From positions 1,314,363-1,378,362 of the forward strand of contig NC_057751.1 of assembly GCF_004010195.1 (NCBI RefSeq): DNA of 64,000 bases, in the 5' to 3' direction. This document shows, piece by piece, positions 24,201-37,559 of the stretch. Numbering within the stretch: position 1 is the first letter of the stretch; each line of letters begins with the position of its first letter. Position numbers and translations under genes: made by a program. Under the pieces are notes generated by a model. That model was not told where the DNA came from, did not search any database, and saw only the letters and a list, made by a program, of their open reading frames with translations. The stretch is from Chiloscyllium plagiosum (taxonomy: Eukaryota).

Positions 24201-24671
24201 CACACTCGCCAACTGCACTGGCACCATCTTGCACTTAAGTGCCACTGAGATGCTGTTTGTTTGAGGAAATAAGGACCAATTCATTTCAAACAACAAAATA
24301 AATCCCAATCACTCAATACAAGGATCAGAACCATTGCAGCAGTAACTGACAGTGTTACACACTGGGCCAGACTCCTGCCTGGTGGGAACAGACCAGCAGA
24401 GACATCTCATCCTCATGTAAAACTACGGAACGGCATTTGCTGGAGATCTGAAATAAAAACAAAGTCCTGGAGAGACTCCCATGGACTGGCAGTATCTGGG
24501 AAGAAACAAGCAGAGTTCATGCTTCAATCCAACGTGACTTCTTCAGAGAGAAAAAGTGAAAGAACTGCGGATGCTGAAAATCAGAAACAAGAACAGAAAT
24601 TGTTGGAAAAGCTCAGCAGGTCTGGCAGCATCTGGGGATAGAAATCAGAGTTAACGTTTTGGATCCAGTGA

Positions 24672-27600
24672 CATAGAACATTCCAGCACAGTACAGACCC
24701 TTTGGCCTTTAATGGTTTCACAGGTTGGTGTGACAATCTGAAACCCATCTAACCGACACTATTCCACTTTCAGCCATATGTCTATCCAATGACCATTTAA
24801 ATGCTCTTAAAGTTGGTGAGTCTACTACTGTTGCAGGCAGTGCGTTCCACATCCCTCCTACTCTCTGTGTAAAGAAACTACCTCTGACATCTGTCCTATA
24901 TCTATCACCCCTCAATTTAAAGTTATGCCCCCTCATGCTAGTCATCACCATCCGAGGAAAAAGGCTCTCCCTGTCCACCCTATCTAACCCTCTGATTATC
25001 TGATATGTCTGTATTAAGTCACCTCTCAACTTTCTTCTTCTCTCTAACAAAAACAGCCTCAAGTCCCTCAGCCTTTCCTCATAAGACCTTCCCTCCATAC
25101 CAGGCAACATCCTGGTAAATCTCCTATGAACCCTCTTCGAAGCTTCCACATCCTTCCTGTAATGCGGTGACCAGAACTGTACGCAATACATCAAGTGCGG
25201 CCGCACCAGAGTTTTGTACAGCTGCAGCATAACCTCATGGCTCCGAAACTCAGTCCCACTACCAATAAAAGCTAACACACTGTATGCCTTCTTAACAACC
25301 CTATCAACCTGGATGGCAACTTTCAGGGATGTATGTACGTGGACATTGAGCTCTCCCTACTCATCTACACTACCGAGAATCTTATCATTAGCCCGCCCAG
25401 TACTCTGCATTCCTGTTACTCCTTCCAAAGTGAATCACCTCACACTTTTCCACATTAAACTCCATTTGCCACCTCTCAGCCCAGTTCTGCAGCTTATCTA
25501 TGACCCTCTGAAGCCTACAATATCCTTCAGCACTACCCACAACTCCACCAACCTTAGTTTCATCTGTAAATTTATTAACCCATCCTTCTATGCCCTCCTC
25601 TTGGTCATTTATAAAAATGACGAACAGCAGTAGCCCCAAAACAGATTCTTGCGGTACATCATTAGTAACTGAACTCCAGTGTGAACATTTCCCACCAACC
25701 ACCACCCTCTGTCTTCTTTCAGCTAGCAAATTTCTGATCCAAACCGCTACATCACCCCAATGCCATTTTCTGCAATAGCCTACAGTGGGGAATCTTACTG
25801 AAATCTAAGTACACCACGTCGACTGCTTTACCCTCATCCACCTGTTTGATCACCTTCTCGAAGCACTCAATAAGGTTTGTGAGGCACGACCTACCTTTCA
25901 CAAAACCATGTTGACTATCCCTCATCAACGTATTCCTCTCTAGATGATTATAGATCCTATCTCTTATCCTTTACAACACTTCACCACAACTGAAGTAAGG
26001 CTCACTGGTCTATAATTACCAGGGTTGTCTCTACTCCCCTTCTTGAACAGGGGAACCACATTTGCTATCCTCCAGTCTTGTGGCACTATTCCTGTAGACA
26101 ATGACGATTTAAAGATCAATACCAAAGGCTCAGCAATCTCCTCCCTGGCTTCCCAGAGGATCCGAGGATAAATCCCATCCAGCCCAAGGGACTTATCTAT
26201 TTTCACACTTTCCAAAATTGCTAACACCACCTCCTTGTGCACCTCAGTCCCATCTAGTCTAGTAGCCTGTATCTCAGTAGTCTCCTCGACAACATAGTAT
26301 TCACACTGGAAAAAAACAGACAAAAAAATATTCATTTAGTGCTCCCCCTATCTCCTCTGACTCCCCGCACAACTTCCCACTACTATCCTTGATTGGCCCT
26401 AATCTTACCCTCGTCATTCTTGTATTCCTGATATACCTATAGAAAGCTTTAGGGTTTTCCTTGATCCTATCTGCCAAAGACTTCTTCTCATGTCCCCTCC
26501 TGGCTCTCCTTCACTCTCTCTTTGGGTCTTTCCAGGCTAACTTGTAACTCTCAAGCACCCTAACTGAGCCTTCACGTCTCATCCTAACGTAAGAGACCTT
26601 TTTCCTCCTGACAAGAGCTTCAACTTCTTTATTAAACCACGGCTCCCACACTCAACAATGTCCTCCCTGCCTGACAGGTAGATTCTTATCAAGGACACGT
26701 AGTAGCTGTTCCTTGTAAAAGCTCCACATTGCAATTGTGCCCATCCCCTGCAGTTTCCTTCCTGCAGTATGCATCCTAAATCTCACCTAATTGCATCACA
26801 AATGCCTTTTCCCCAGCAATAACTCTTGTCCCGCATTATATACCGATCCCTTTCCCTCACTAAAGTAAACATAACAGAATTGTGGTCACTATCACCAAAG
26901 TGCTCACCTACTTCCAAGTCTAACACCTGGCTGGACTCATTACCCAGTACCAAATCTAATGTGGCTTCGCCCCTTGTTGGCCTGTCTACACATTGTGTCA
27001 GGAAACCCTCCTGCACACATTGGACAAAAACTGACCCATCTAAAGTACTCGATCTATAGTATTTCCAGTTAATATTTGGAAAGTTTAAGAGCCCCCCCAC
27101 AACAACTACCCTGTCACTCTCGCTCCTACCCAGAATCATCTTTGCTATCCTTTCCTCTACATTTCGGGAACTATTCGGAGGCCCAAAGAAAACTCCCAAC
27201 AGGGTGACCTCTCCTTTCCTGTTTCTAACCTCAGGCCTTACAATCTCAGTAGACGAATCCTCAAACGTCCTCTCTGCCACCGTAATACTGTCCTTGACTA
27301 ACAATGCCACACCTCTTCCACTTTTCCCAACTTCCCTGCTCTTACTGAAACATCTAAATCCCCGGAACCTGCAACAACTATTCCTGTCCCTGCTCTATCC
27401 ATGTCTCTGAAATGGCCACAACATCGAAGCCCCAGGTACCAACCCATGCTGCAAGTTCACCCACCTTATTCCGGATGCTCCTAGTGTTGAAGTAGACACA
27501 CTCCAAACTACCTTCCTGCTTGCTGGTGAACTCTTCCAACCTTGAAACCATATTTCTGACCTCACTACTCTCAACCTCCTGGACACTGGAACTACAATTT

Positions 27601-28745
27601 GGGTCCCATCCCCCTGCTGAATTAGTTTAAGCCCTCCTGAATAGCATTAGCAAACTGCCCCCCAGGATATTGATACCCGTCTGGTTCAGGTGAAGACCAT
27701 CCTGTTTGTAGAGGTCCCACTTCCCCCAGAATGAGTCCCAATTATCCAGGTATCAGAAACCGTCCCTCCTGCACCATCCCGTCGCCATGTGTTCAACTCC
27801 CCTCTCTCCTTATTTCTCGCCTCGCTAGCACGTGGCACAGGCAACAAATGAGAGATAACAGTTCTGCTTGTTCTAGCACTTAGCTTCCACGCTAGCTCCC
27901 TGAATTTCTGCCTGAAATCCCACTCTCTCGTCCTACCTATGTCGTTAGTGCCTATGTAGCTGCTCCCCCTCAAGTTTCCCGAAAACACTGTCAGAGACAC
28001 CACAAACCCTGGCAGCTGGGAGGCAACACACCAACCATAGGTTTTCTGGGAATGAGACAGACCCACTATCTGTTCCCCTAAACTATGGAGTCCCCAATGA
28101 GTAATGCTCTGCTCCTCTCCCCCCTTCCCTTCTGAGTAAGAGGGACAAACTCTGTGCCAGACACCTGTACCCCATGGCTTACCCCTGGGAAGTTGTCCCC
28201 TAGTAACAGTATCCAACATGGTGTACTCGTTATTGAGGGGAACGACCACAGGGGATCCCTGCACTGCCTGCTGGTTCCCTTTCCATCCCCTGACAGTAAC
28301 CCGTCTTCCACTATCCTGTACATAAGGTGTGACTACTCCCTGTAACTCCTCTCAAATACCCCCTCTGCCTCCCGAATGATCCGATGTTCATCCAACTCCA
28401 GCTCCAGTTCCCTAACACAGTTTTCAAGGAGCTGCAGTTGGGTGCATTTCCCACAGATGTAGTCAGTAAGGACACTAGTGGTGACCCTTCCCTCCCACAT
28501 TCTGCAGGAGGAACATTCAACTGCCCTAACCTCCATTCCCAGTATTCTCAATTCCCAAAAGAGACTATTGGAAAATTAAAAAAAAAACAACTATTTACCT
28601 TACCAATCTGGTGCACAGAACCTTTTTCTGGTTAGAGGTGGAGGATGGGTGGGAGACACTACCCAAGTAGTGTTTCGGGTAAAGCAACCACTCAAATATG
28701 TTACGTCCCTTACCCAGCAGCCCCCTGGTCCTCACTCCTGCTGTA
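24672..28745 (-). mobile_element. Near full-length, disrupted CR1 LINE (ORF1 Zn-finger/esterase; ORF2 APE and RT)
   Basis: ORF1 VECSSCRMWE..YICGKC, RALLIGDSIV, IGTNDIG; APE LDLVLGNE...GDSDHNSV; RT WRIANVVPLFKKGSRDNPGNYRPVSLTS, VPQESVLG, LFVIFIND; multiple frameshifts. Confidence 0.95.
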
Positions 28746-29238
28746 ACAACTTGTGGTAACACCATCTGTACCCCCTTCTTGTCATGTGTGATGAGAATGC
28801 TCCCTGCTTAATCAGTTTGCAGAGTCAAGGTTCTGGACGAAATGTTTCTGACACAAACATTATCCAAACTGTTTTCAATCCCACTGTCCTTGTACGGCAA
28901 CCGAGCTGGGAGCGCAAACAGCATGCTGGAAATGAAGCTCAGGGAGTATTTCTGTGAAAACACTTTTTCTCGCAGGGAGGATGATGCGACTAATGGTCCA
29001 AGCCAAAATCACTGAAATATTGACTCAATATGATGCCATTTTTCGAACTGCTGAGCCCGTTCCTGAACACATTCAAGTTCCCAGCTTCCTGAATTCACTG
29101 ATACTGCCAGCTCAGTCAGTCACAACTCGGACATAGCTGAACATTGTCAGTCACCGAATGAAAAGATCAGCAGGCTCACAGCTCCTGGGTTATACTGATG
29201 TTCAGCACTGGCCCCCTGTGCCTTCTTTTCTCCCTCAG

Positions 29239-29398
29239 TTGGCATGTATCACCGAGCTGTGCTCGCAGTTAGAATCTGGGTTGGTGATGTTCAGAAAGTT
29301 GTGCTATCACCGTGTTGCTGACAGTGCACCCTTCAGCCCATCTCGCCATGCCTGTTACTAGCTTTCTGAACAAACAGCTCATTCTGTTCACCGGAAAG
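29239..29398 (+). pseudogene. Possible decayed ADGRA TM3-exon-like fragment
   Basis: Strong acceptor ccttcttttctccctcAG and AAG|GTAGGC donor. With frameshifts it reads GMYHRAVLAVRIWVG / VMFRKLCYHRVADSAP versus ADGRA GIILHYSTLATVLWVG / VTARNIYKQVTKKA. Needs indels and has a stop; may be chance. Confidence 0.25.
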
Positions 29399-30188
29399 GT
29401 AGGCAAGGTAAAGATGGAGGAATTTCAGAGTGTGATTCTGCCCCATGCAGATTCTAACGGCCTCCAGCACAGTCTAAGGCAGTGCACTCCAGTCTCCCAG
29501 TCCCTGCTCCGTGAGAAAGATCAATTCTCTGATCACTGTTGCTGGATCTGCTCCTTTATGTTCAGTCCTGGGATGTGGCTGTTCCTGGCCAGGCCAGCAG
29601 TTGTTACCCAGCTCTCAGTGCCCACTGGGCAGTTACACGTCAAACACATCGCTGTGGGTCTGGAGTCACATTGTCGGCCAGACTGGGTAAGGATAGCAGT
29701 TTCCATCCCGAGGGGAGATCGGTGAACCTGAAGGGTTTCCTTGATTTCAGATTTCTCCATGGCAGGGTTTGAACGCAGATCCCCAGAAAGTGAGCTGGGT
29801 TTCCAGCTGGACAGTTGTCCAATAATACCATGAGGTCATCACCGTTGATGAGGTGGGACAGCGTGAGCTCAGCGGTTTGACACACTGGTACTCCAGACAG
29901 AACTAGGGCTGCTGCTGGCAAGGACTGGGCTTCAGTCACCACTTAATTAACAAACTCAGCAATAACAACAAAACTAATCCCATTCAATAAACCTTTCATT
30001 TTACAACATCAAAACACTGAAAGAGGAGGTTAAAAATCACCAACCAATTCTTATCAATTCCCGTTCCTGAGGCCAGGACTTCCATCAGCTGTTTTTTTGG
30101 TCTGAGAAAAACGGTTTCCTTTCATGTCTGAGAGGGAAAGTCAAGAGGGAAAACAGGCACATTCCAGACCCATTCCTGGTAACCATCG

Positions 30189-30754
30189 TTTATTATTAAA
30201 ATAGCTCTTCACAAAAAAAAAATCCTTTGAAATTTATAAAGCACATGAATATCAAAAGCATTAAGAATACTCTGGTTCTAAACATGCAGCCAAGATATTA
30301 ACAGCCAGTGAAAGATCAGTTCTGCTATTGCACAGGAGCAGCACCAGGGGGAACTTTCAGAATCTCTCCTCCCACCCACGAGCAGCTGCCATGGGGGCAG
30401 GGGGGGTCAGGCAGGGCCTGTGGCCTGTTTCATTTCAGGGCACCACTGCATTGTAAACATGATGAGGGGTGCCCACCTGACTGAGTTTCACCACTTTGGG
30501 CGGAGCTATGAGGAAGTGAGGCACCCAGACCAGCCAGATGGACCTTCCACTGTTACACTGTTCAATATCGGTGGATTTCTCTGGTCAGGCCACATCGCTC
30601 AATTCATCCGAAACAAGACACTGGTTCTCACACGAACCACAGCCTGGCCTCTTCGAGCTGAGCTCAGGGACAGCCCGTCATTGCATGTCCCGGGGTCAGA
30701 AACGAGACTCCCGTCCCCAACACAGAAGGAAATCTGTTCAAATGGACAAAATGC
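30189..30754 (-). other. Candidate terminal exon and 3' UTR of an unidentified minus-strand gene
   Basis: Non-repetitive; minus-strand acceptors give exon starts at 30754 or 30733. AT-rich tail ends in AATAAA (plus tttatt 30189-30194). The phase-1 frame from 30733 gives FLLCWGRESRF-stop. Confidence 0.25.
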
Positions 30755-31839
30755 CTACATGAGAGAGACAGCAAAGATGTCTGCCCCCTGGCAGAGGATT
30801 CCAGAACTGCAGCATTTCGCCTCAGTATCTGGGCAGGTTCCCTTGGACTCAGTCAAGGAAGAATGTCTTCACCCTCAGCCCAGTGCACCTTTGGAATTCC
30901 TTGCCCCGGAGGACAGTGCAGGATCAGTCAATGAATGTGTTCAAGACAGATCGTAGAGTGCAACACATTCTCCTTATTAAAGGAACTATGGGATATGTGG
31001 ACAGCCCAAGAAAATGGTGGTGTGCTGTCAGATTAGCAAGGATCCCGTGGATCAGGCTGAGGGGCCAATTGGCCTACTCCCATATTCCTAAATCCAGTGC
31101 ACTGTTCACCACTGCCTTCCCTATTTTGTGACTAGTCATGAGTTTCCGACTTCACATTCCTTTTGTTAATCCCTAGGATTTGCTATTGGAGGGAAAACAT
31201 GGAGTCTGAAGCCTTCGCTGGGCCTCAACACTAACTCACCAACATTTTAATCCTGCAACTCTCCAATAATACTGCAATGTAGATCAATACGTTAAGTTTT
31301 CAATAAAATTTCAGCTTGTCATGAACACTTCAAAGTGCATCAACTCCCCAGAAATAAGATGGCTTTGTTATTGCTGTGAGTTACTGCTACAACATGATGT
31401 TAAATCTGCACCTTACCATGAACACTACAATACATGGTTAATCCCAACACTTCACACTGACATTACTTCTCAATGCTCCCTTATGTGAATTTAGCAACAG
31501 TCCCACATCAACAGCATTCATACTGCTGCATATCAATAAGACTTATCTTTCAGTAACATTAACAATTGCCTGATACTGTTTAATTCCAAATATTAGAAGA
31601 CAGCAGTGTTATCCAACAAGAACAGGCCATTCGGCCCAACAAGTCCAGTCTGGGGTTTGTGATCTCCATCCTGAGACAGGAGCAGCTTTCTGAATCAATA
31701 CTGGCTCCCTGCTCAGATTCTGAGAATGTGACCAGCTGTGAAACAGTTAGATTGCTGGTGAAACTCAGCAGGTCTCGCAGCCTCTGTGCAGAGAAAGCCA
31801 GCGACTGTTCATCACAACATTGCAGGCACAGCCGACACC

Positions 31840-32750
31840 AAACAAAATGACCTTCCCTCCATCACAAGGTCAGACCTGGGGATGTTCACCAAAGATTACA
31901 CAATATTCAGCACCATTTGCAATTCCTCAGAAGTGGAGCAAGTCCATGTTCAAATGTAACACAATCTTCACAATCTCCAGGCTTGGGCTGACAAGTAGTA
32001 GGTAACATTCACACCACACAAATACCAGGCAATGGCCACCCCCAAGGAGAGACAGTCTAACGTCTGCTACTGATATTCACTGAATTCCCCCACTATCAAC
32101 ATCCTAGGGGTTACTATGGATCAGAAACCCAACTGAATTCATCACATAAACACACGATCGACAAGAGCAAGTCAGAGACGAGGGCTATTGTGGCAAGTAA
32201 CTCACCTCCTGACTCCCCAAAGCCTGTCCACCATCGACAAGGCACAAGTCTGGAGTATGATGGATTACTCCCCCCTTGCCCCTGGACGGATGCAGCTCCA
32301 TCAACACTCAGGAAGCTCGACACCATCCAGGACAAAGCAGCCCCTGTTTGACTGGAACCACATCCACAAGCATTCACTCCCTCCACCACCGACGGTCAGT
32401 AGCAGCAGTGTGTGCTATCTACAAGATGCACTGCAGAAATTCACCAAAGATCCTCAGGCAGCACCTTCCATCTAGAAGGACAAGGACAGAAGATACATGG
32501 GAACACCATCAGCCTCAAGTTCCCGTCCAAGCGCTCCCCATCCTGACTTGGAAATATATCGCTGTTCCTTCACTGTCACTGGGTCACAATCCTGGAATTC
32601 CTTCCCTGAGGACATTGTGGGTCTACTGCAGCACGTGGACTGCAGTGATTCAAGAAGACAGCTCACTCCCACCTTCTCAAGAGGCAACTAGGGACGGGGT
32701 AATCAAAACTGGGCCCAGCCAGTAACACCCACATCACATGAGTGAATGAA
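31840..32750 (+). mobile_element. CR1/L2-group non-LTR retrotransposon 3' fragment (second family)
   Basis: KAQVWSMMDYSPLA and SLHHRRSVAAVCAIYKMHC RT C-terminal motifs; a minus-strand relative lies near 14990-15230. Confidence 0.8.
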
Positions 32751-32994
32751 GCAAAGGTTTTCTGTGCTGTTGAGTGAAGATGATTAAGGGTGATCAGAGA
32801 AAATATTTCTTTGAAATTAGAGTTGTCCCTTTCAGGAGCGATGTCAGCAAACAGGATCTCATTCTTGGAATCAATGGAATTATCTTCCCCAAGACACTGC
32901 TGAGGCTGGGAGTCAGGTGAACATGTCCAGACTGGAAGTGATGCAAGATCGTAAGGCAAGGATTATGGAACCAATTGCAGTGCCTGGTGACATA

Positions 32995-33680
32995 AAGATA
33001 GAGTCATAAAGTATGGTGCTGGAAAAGCACAGCCAGTCCGGCGGCATCTGAGGAGCAGCAGAGTCGATGTTTTGAGCATAAACTCTTCAGAGAGATTGAG
33101 GTGGTGGCCCAAAGGAGCTGAGAGATAAATGGGACTGAGAAATAAATAGCTGAGGATATTTGGTCTTGGAATGCCATAGGTCGACGAAGGTAGGACTGAA
33201 GGTGATAGGTCGGAGAGCAGGGTGGAGTGGACAGATGAGGATAGTTCAAGGGGGCGGTGCTGACTTGGATTTTGGATAAAGTGGGGGAGGGGAAATGCGG
33301 AAACTGGTGAAATCGATGTTGATGTCGTGTGGTTGGAGGGTCCCAAGGCAGAAGATGAGGCATTATTCCTCCAGGTGGTAAGGGGTTGGCGATGGAGGAG
33401 GCCCAGAACCTGCATGTCCTCGGCAGAGTGGGAGAGGGAGTTGAAGTGTTTGGCCACAGGACTGTGGGGCTGTTTGAGTGCATGTGTCCTTGAGATGTTC
33501 TTGGAGATGGGAAGATAGAGGCGACATATTATATCGTTAAATGACGCTGGTTCAGAAGTCACAGAAATCCCTTCAATCTCCCTCAGAATCTCACTCCTGA
33601 TGAAGACCTTATGCTCAAAACATCGATTCTCCTGCTCCTCGGTTGCTGCCTGACCTGCTGTGCTTTTCCAGCACTACAGG
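32995..33680 (-). mobile_element. Penelope-like element fragment with inverted terminal copy
   Basis: PVAKHFNSLSHSAEDMQVLGLLH (GIY-YIG region C-terminus); oppositely oriented terminal repeat at about 33595-33677. Confidence 0.8.
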
Positions 33681-34147
33681 CTTCTAATCTCACTGCATCT
33701 GCCTTGTCTCTAAAGATATATTATTTAACGGTGAAATGGATTCCTGAAATGTTATATTTTGATTAGTGATGACAGAGTAACCCTGAATATTATGATTCGA
33801 AAGAATCATTAAGTTCTGTCAGTCACCTTTCCACTTCCCATCTGTAGTCATATGAATGATTTCCAATCTCAGTCCAATCAGCAAATGTGCATTACAATAA
33901 AGGCAGCAGAGAGACTCAAGTCATTGCATCCCTTCCTGTTTAAACAGCCCCACTTGCTGGGTCAGTCTCGGTGCAATAGTTGCCTTGAATGTGTCCACTG
34001 AGAGGGGTAGAAATGAGTTTGACAGACATTATCAGGTTATGGGCAATGATCGAGTAAAACACCACTCATTCTGGGAATCTGACATCGAGTCAGAAAATGT
34101 TGGAAATACTCAACAAGTCTCGCAAAATCTGTGGACAGGATGTTGTG

Positions 34148-34625
34148 GACAGAAAAGATTTACAAGGATGTTGCCAGGGTTGGAGGATTTGAGCTGTCGG
34201 GAGAGGCTGAACAGGCTGTTTTCCCTGGAGCGTCGGAGGCTGAGGGGTGACTTTATCGAGGTTTATAAAATTATGACGGACATGGATAGGGTAAATAGAC
34301 AGGGTCTTTTCCCTGGGGTCGGGGAGTCCAGAACTAGAGGGCATAGGTTTAGGGTGAGAGGGGAAAGATATAAAAGAGACCTAAGGGGCAACTTTTTCAC
34401 ACAGAGGGTGGTATGTGTATGGAATGAGCTGCCAGAGGAAGTGGTGGAGGCTGGTACAATTGCAACATTTAAGAGGCATCTGGATAGGTATATGAATTGG
34501 AAGGGTTTGGAGGGATATGGGCCGGAAGCTGACAGGTGGGACTAGATTGGGTTGGGATATCTGGTCGGCATGGACGGGTTGGACCGAAGGGTCTGTTTCT
34601 ATGCCGTACATCTCTATGACTCTAT
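34148..34625 (+). mobile_element. CR1 LINE 3' fragment
   Basis: KRFTRMLPGLE...ERRRLRGDF...RGNFFTQRVVCVWNELP...WD-stop, ctctatgactctatg tail. Confidence 0.93.
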
Positions 34626-34861
34626 GACAGGAGGAGCTCATACAGACATACAGCACAGAAACAGACCCTTCAGTCCAACCAGTTTCCATCCAAACTATCG
34701 AGAATGAAACGTGGCAGACATAATCGGAGCGGAGTCCAACCCTGGGATTGACAAAGCCAAGTGGGAGAGTCCAAACTGAGGTCTCATTCCCGAAGGATGG
34801 TTGGAGCCTGGGTTGGCCCTTAGAACTGGGACTCTGAAAGTTCTGGCTGGGGTGAACTTAC

Positions 34862-34957
34862 TGCTGCCTCTACACAATGTGAACAGCATCACAAATACAA
34901 GGCATATAACATAGATTCCTGCAGAGTACATCAGCAACATCTCTTCGGCAGCTCTTT
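34862..34957 (-). CDS. Candidate hydrophobic (TM or signal peptide) exon of an unidentified gene
   Basis: Minus-strand GTAAGT donor (plus 34856-34861) and possible CAG acceptor at 34958-34960. 96 bp, phase 1/1: RAAEEMLLMYSAGIYVICLVFVMLFTLCRGS. No family recognised. Confidence 0.25.
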
Positions 34958-35088
34958 CTGCATGGAAATCTCCATTGGGTGAAGACAGTGAGGTCGAACC
35001 GAGTCATAAAACAAACTGAAACAGCACATTGTCAAAAGGATCGAACCCAAAGGGAAGCAGCTGAGGATATTGGAGATCTGAAATCAAG

Positions 35089-35588
35089 NNNNNNNNNNNN
35101 NNNNNNNNNNNNNNNNNNNNNNNNNNNNNNNNNNNNNNNNNNNNNNNNNNNNNNNNNNNNNNNNNNNNNNNNNNNNNNNNNNNNNNNNNNNNNNNNNNNN
35201 NNNNNNNNNNNNNNNNNNNNNNNNNNNNNNNNNNNNNNNNNNNNNNNNNNNNNNNNNNNNNNNNNNNNNNNNNNNNNNNNNNNNNNNNNNNNNNNNNNNN
35301 NNNNNNNNNNNNNNNNNNNNNNNNNNNNNNNNNNNNNNNNNNNNNNNNNNNNNNNNNNNNNNNNNNNNNNNNNNNNNNNNNNNNNNNNNNNNNNNNNNNN
35401 NNNNNNNNNNNNNNNNNNNNNNNNNNNNNNNNNNNNNNNNNNNNNNNNNNNNNNNNNNNNNNNNNNNNNNNNNNNNNNNNNNNNNNNNNNNNNNNNNNNN
35501 NNNNNNNNNNNNNNNNNNNNNNNNNNNNNNNNNNNNNNNNNNNNNNNNNNNNNNNNNNNNNNNNNNNNNNNNNNNNNNNNNNNNNNNN
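35089..35588. other. 500-N scaffold gap
   Basis: Exactly 500 N. Confidence 0.98.
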
Positions 35589-35939
35589 GCTCAAAAGTCC
35601 TGGAGTTATCCAGCATGTAAACAAACCCTTCAGTCACACTCGTGCGCACTGACCAAATATCCTCAGCTATTTATTTCTCAGCCCCCTTCCCCTCCCTGCT
35701 CCTGACAAAGGACCCAGCCCAAAACATCGACTCTCCTGCTCCTCGGATGCTGTCTGACCTATTGTGCTTTTTCCAGCACCACTCTTTATCCCTCACCCCT
35801 CAGCCTCTGAATAGATAGAAAACCCTTGCCTATTCAGCCTGTCCCCTTAGCTTATACCCTCCAACCCTGGCAACATGCTTAGAGATCTTTTCTGAACGCT
35901 TTCAACCCCTCGCCTATCACAGGTGCAGTGGATGTGGTC

Positions 35940-36790
35940 TTCTGTGGGTTATATTCTGTCATTTGACAAGGTTGACTGGTCACAAATGAATACCACTTGG
36001 ATCTAAGGTTGCCTTCGTAACAGGAAACTAAGGGTAATGGTCAATGGCTACCTTTGCAACTGGAAAGCTGTTCCACCAGATGTTCCACAGGGCTCGATGC
36101 TGGGACCCCTACTATTTGTTTCATACATTCACAATTGGGAAATTTGCAGTTAACACAAAAACTGGTCATGTGGTGGATAACGTCAAGGATAATTATAAAC
36201 TCCCAAATGGTACGGATGGGTTGATGGAGCGGCCAGGTAGGTGACAGGTGGAGTTGAACTCTGGCTGTGTGCGAGGTCATGCATTTCTGAAAAGTCAAGC
36301 AGGGAAAGGGAGGACACAATAAGTGGGAACATACTGAGAGGGGTAGGTGAAGGGAGAGACCTCGGTGTGCAAGTCCCAAGAGGTATCAGTACAGATAGCA
36401 TATCACATATTCTCTTTCAGATGTGTCGAATGTAAAAGGTCAGAATATAATGATGAAACTATTGAAGATACTGGTGAGGCCAAAACCAGATGATTGTGTG
36501 CAGTTCTGCTCATCACATGACAGGAAGGACGGAATTACTCTGGATTGGGTGCTGACAAGATTGACGAGAACACTGCCAGGGCTGGGGGTGTGATTGCCAA
36601 CCTCTGTAATGTTTCCCTAGCAACATTGCAAGGCTGAGGGCTGAGATGTTCGAGGTGCACAGAATTGTGAAGGTTGGAGATGGACATGAGGAACCTGTTT
36701 CTCCTTTGGAAAACCGGGAGGGGCGGGGAAGGGGCGGTGAATAGGTTGGAAGATGAGAGTGGATGTGTTTCTACGCAGGATAGTGATTGT
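35940..36790 (+). mobile_element. Old decayed CR1 RT fragment
   Basis: gttccacagggctcgatgctgggaccc (VPQGSMLGP), gacctcggtgtgcaagtc (DLGVQV), ctggtgaggcca...tgtgtgcagttct. Confidence 0.7.
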
Positions 36791-37559
36791 CTGCAATAGC
36801 ACCACCTCCAGCAGAGACAGGAAACTGGGTCTGCACCTTCACTGCTGTAAACTGCAGGCCTCTGGGCCACACACACAAAGATGGGATGAGAAACTACATC
36901 TGGGTGTCTTTGGGTGACTGTGAACGTGACCAGTTAAGCAGGTCACCCTTTCGTTTTTATTCACTTCAGGTATCACCGGCTCAGCCAGCACTATCGCCCG
37001 AACCTAATTATCCAAAGGTCATTGGGAGTGGGTCTGGAATCACACGAGGGCCGGTTTAATGAGTCAGATAGGTCTCACTTGACAAATGATCATGGTTTCA
37101 TGGTTATCAGTAGATTCTTAATCCCTGAAATGGTTCATTGAAATCAGATTCCACTGTCAGCTGTGGTGGGGCTTCAACTTGTATCTCTGGGACATTGACT
37201 GAGTTATTGGGTGAGCAGTTTTGTGATAATACTAGCTCCGAATGGTGACCTGTAACTAGAGGCCTTTCTCTGCACCCTGTCTGTGTTCTTGACCATTAAT
37301 TGAAAGGAAGAGCAATTGGTGAAAGGGGATTGAAAAATGGGAATGTTCCCTCAGCCAAGGCCCACCCTCTCCTCACAGGCACTGCCAAAGGACACATCCC
37401 AACCTCGAACCTCAGGCTCACCTCTTCATCCGAGGAATAGGGAGGGAGAAGGGTCAGGGAAACAGGCTGCTCTGATTGGGGTAAATGTGGGTGACGGGGG
37501 ATGCTGATTGGTGGAGACTGGAGGCGTGATTGTGACTCGGTGACTAGTTTCACTTTTTA

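Noticed and set aside
30420..30956. 178-aa plus ORF
   Set aside because: GTG start, no recognisable domain, 3' part runs into a decayed CR1 tail; better read as the antisense of a UTR-like region.
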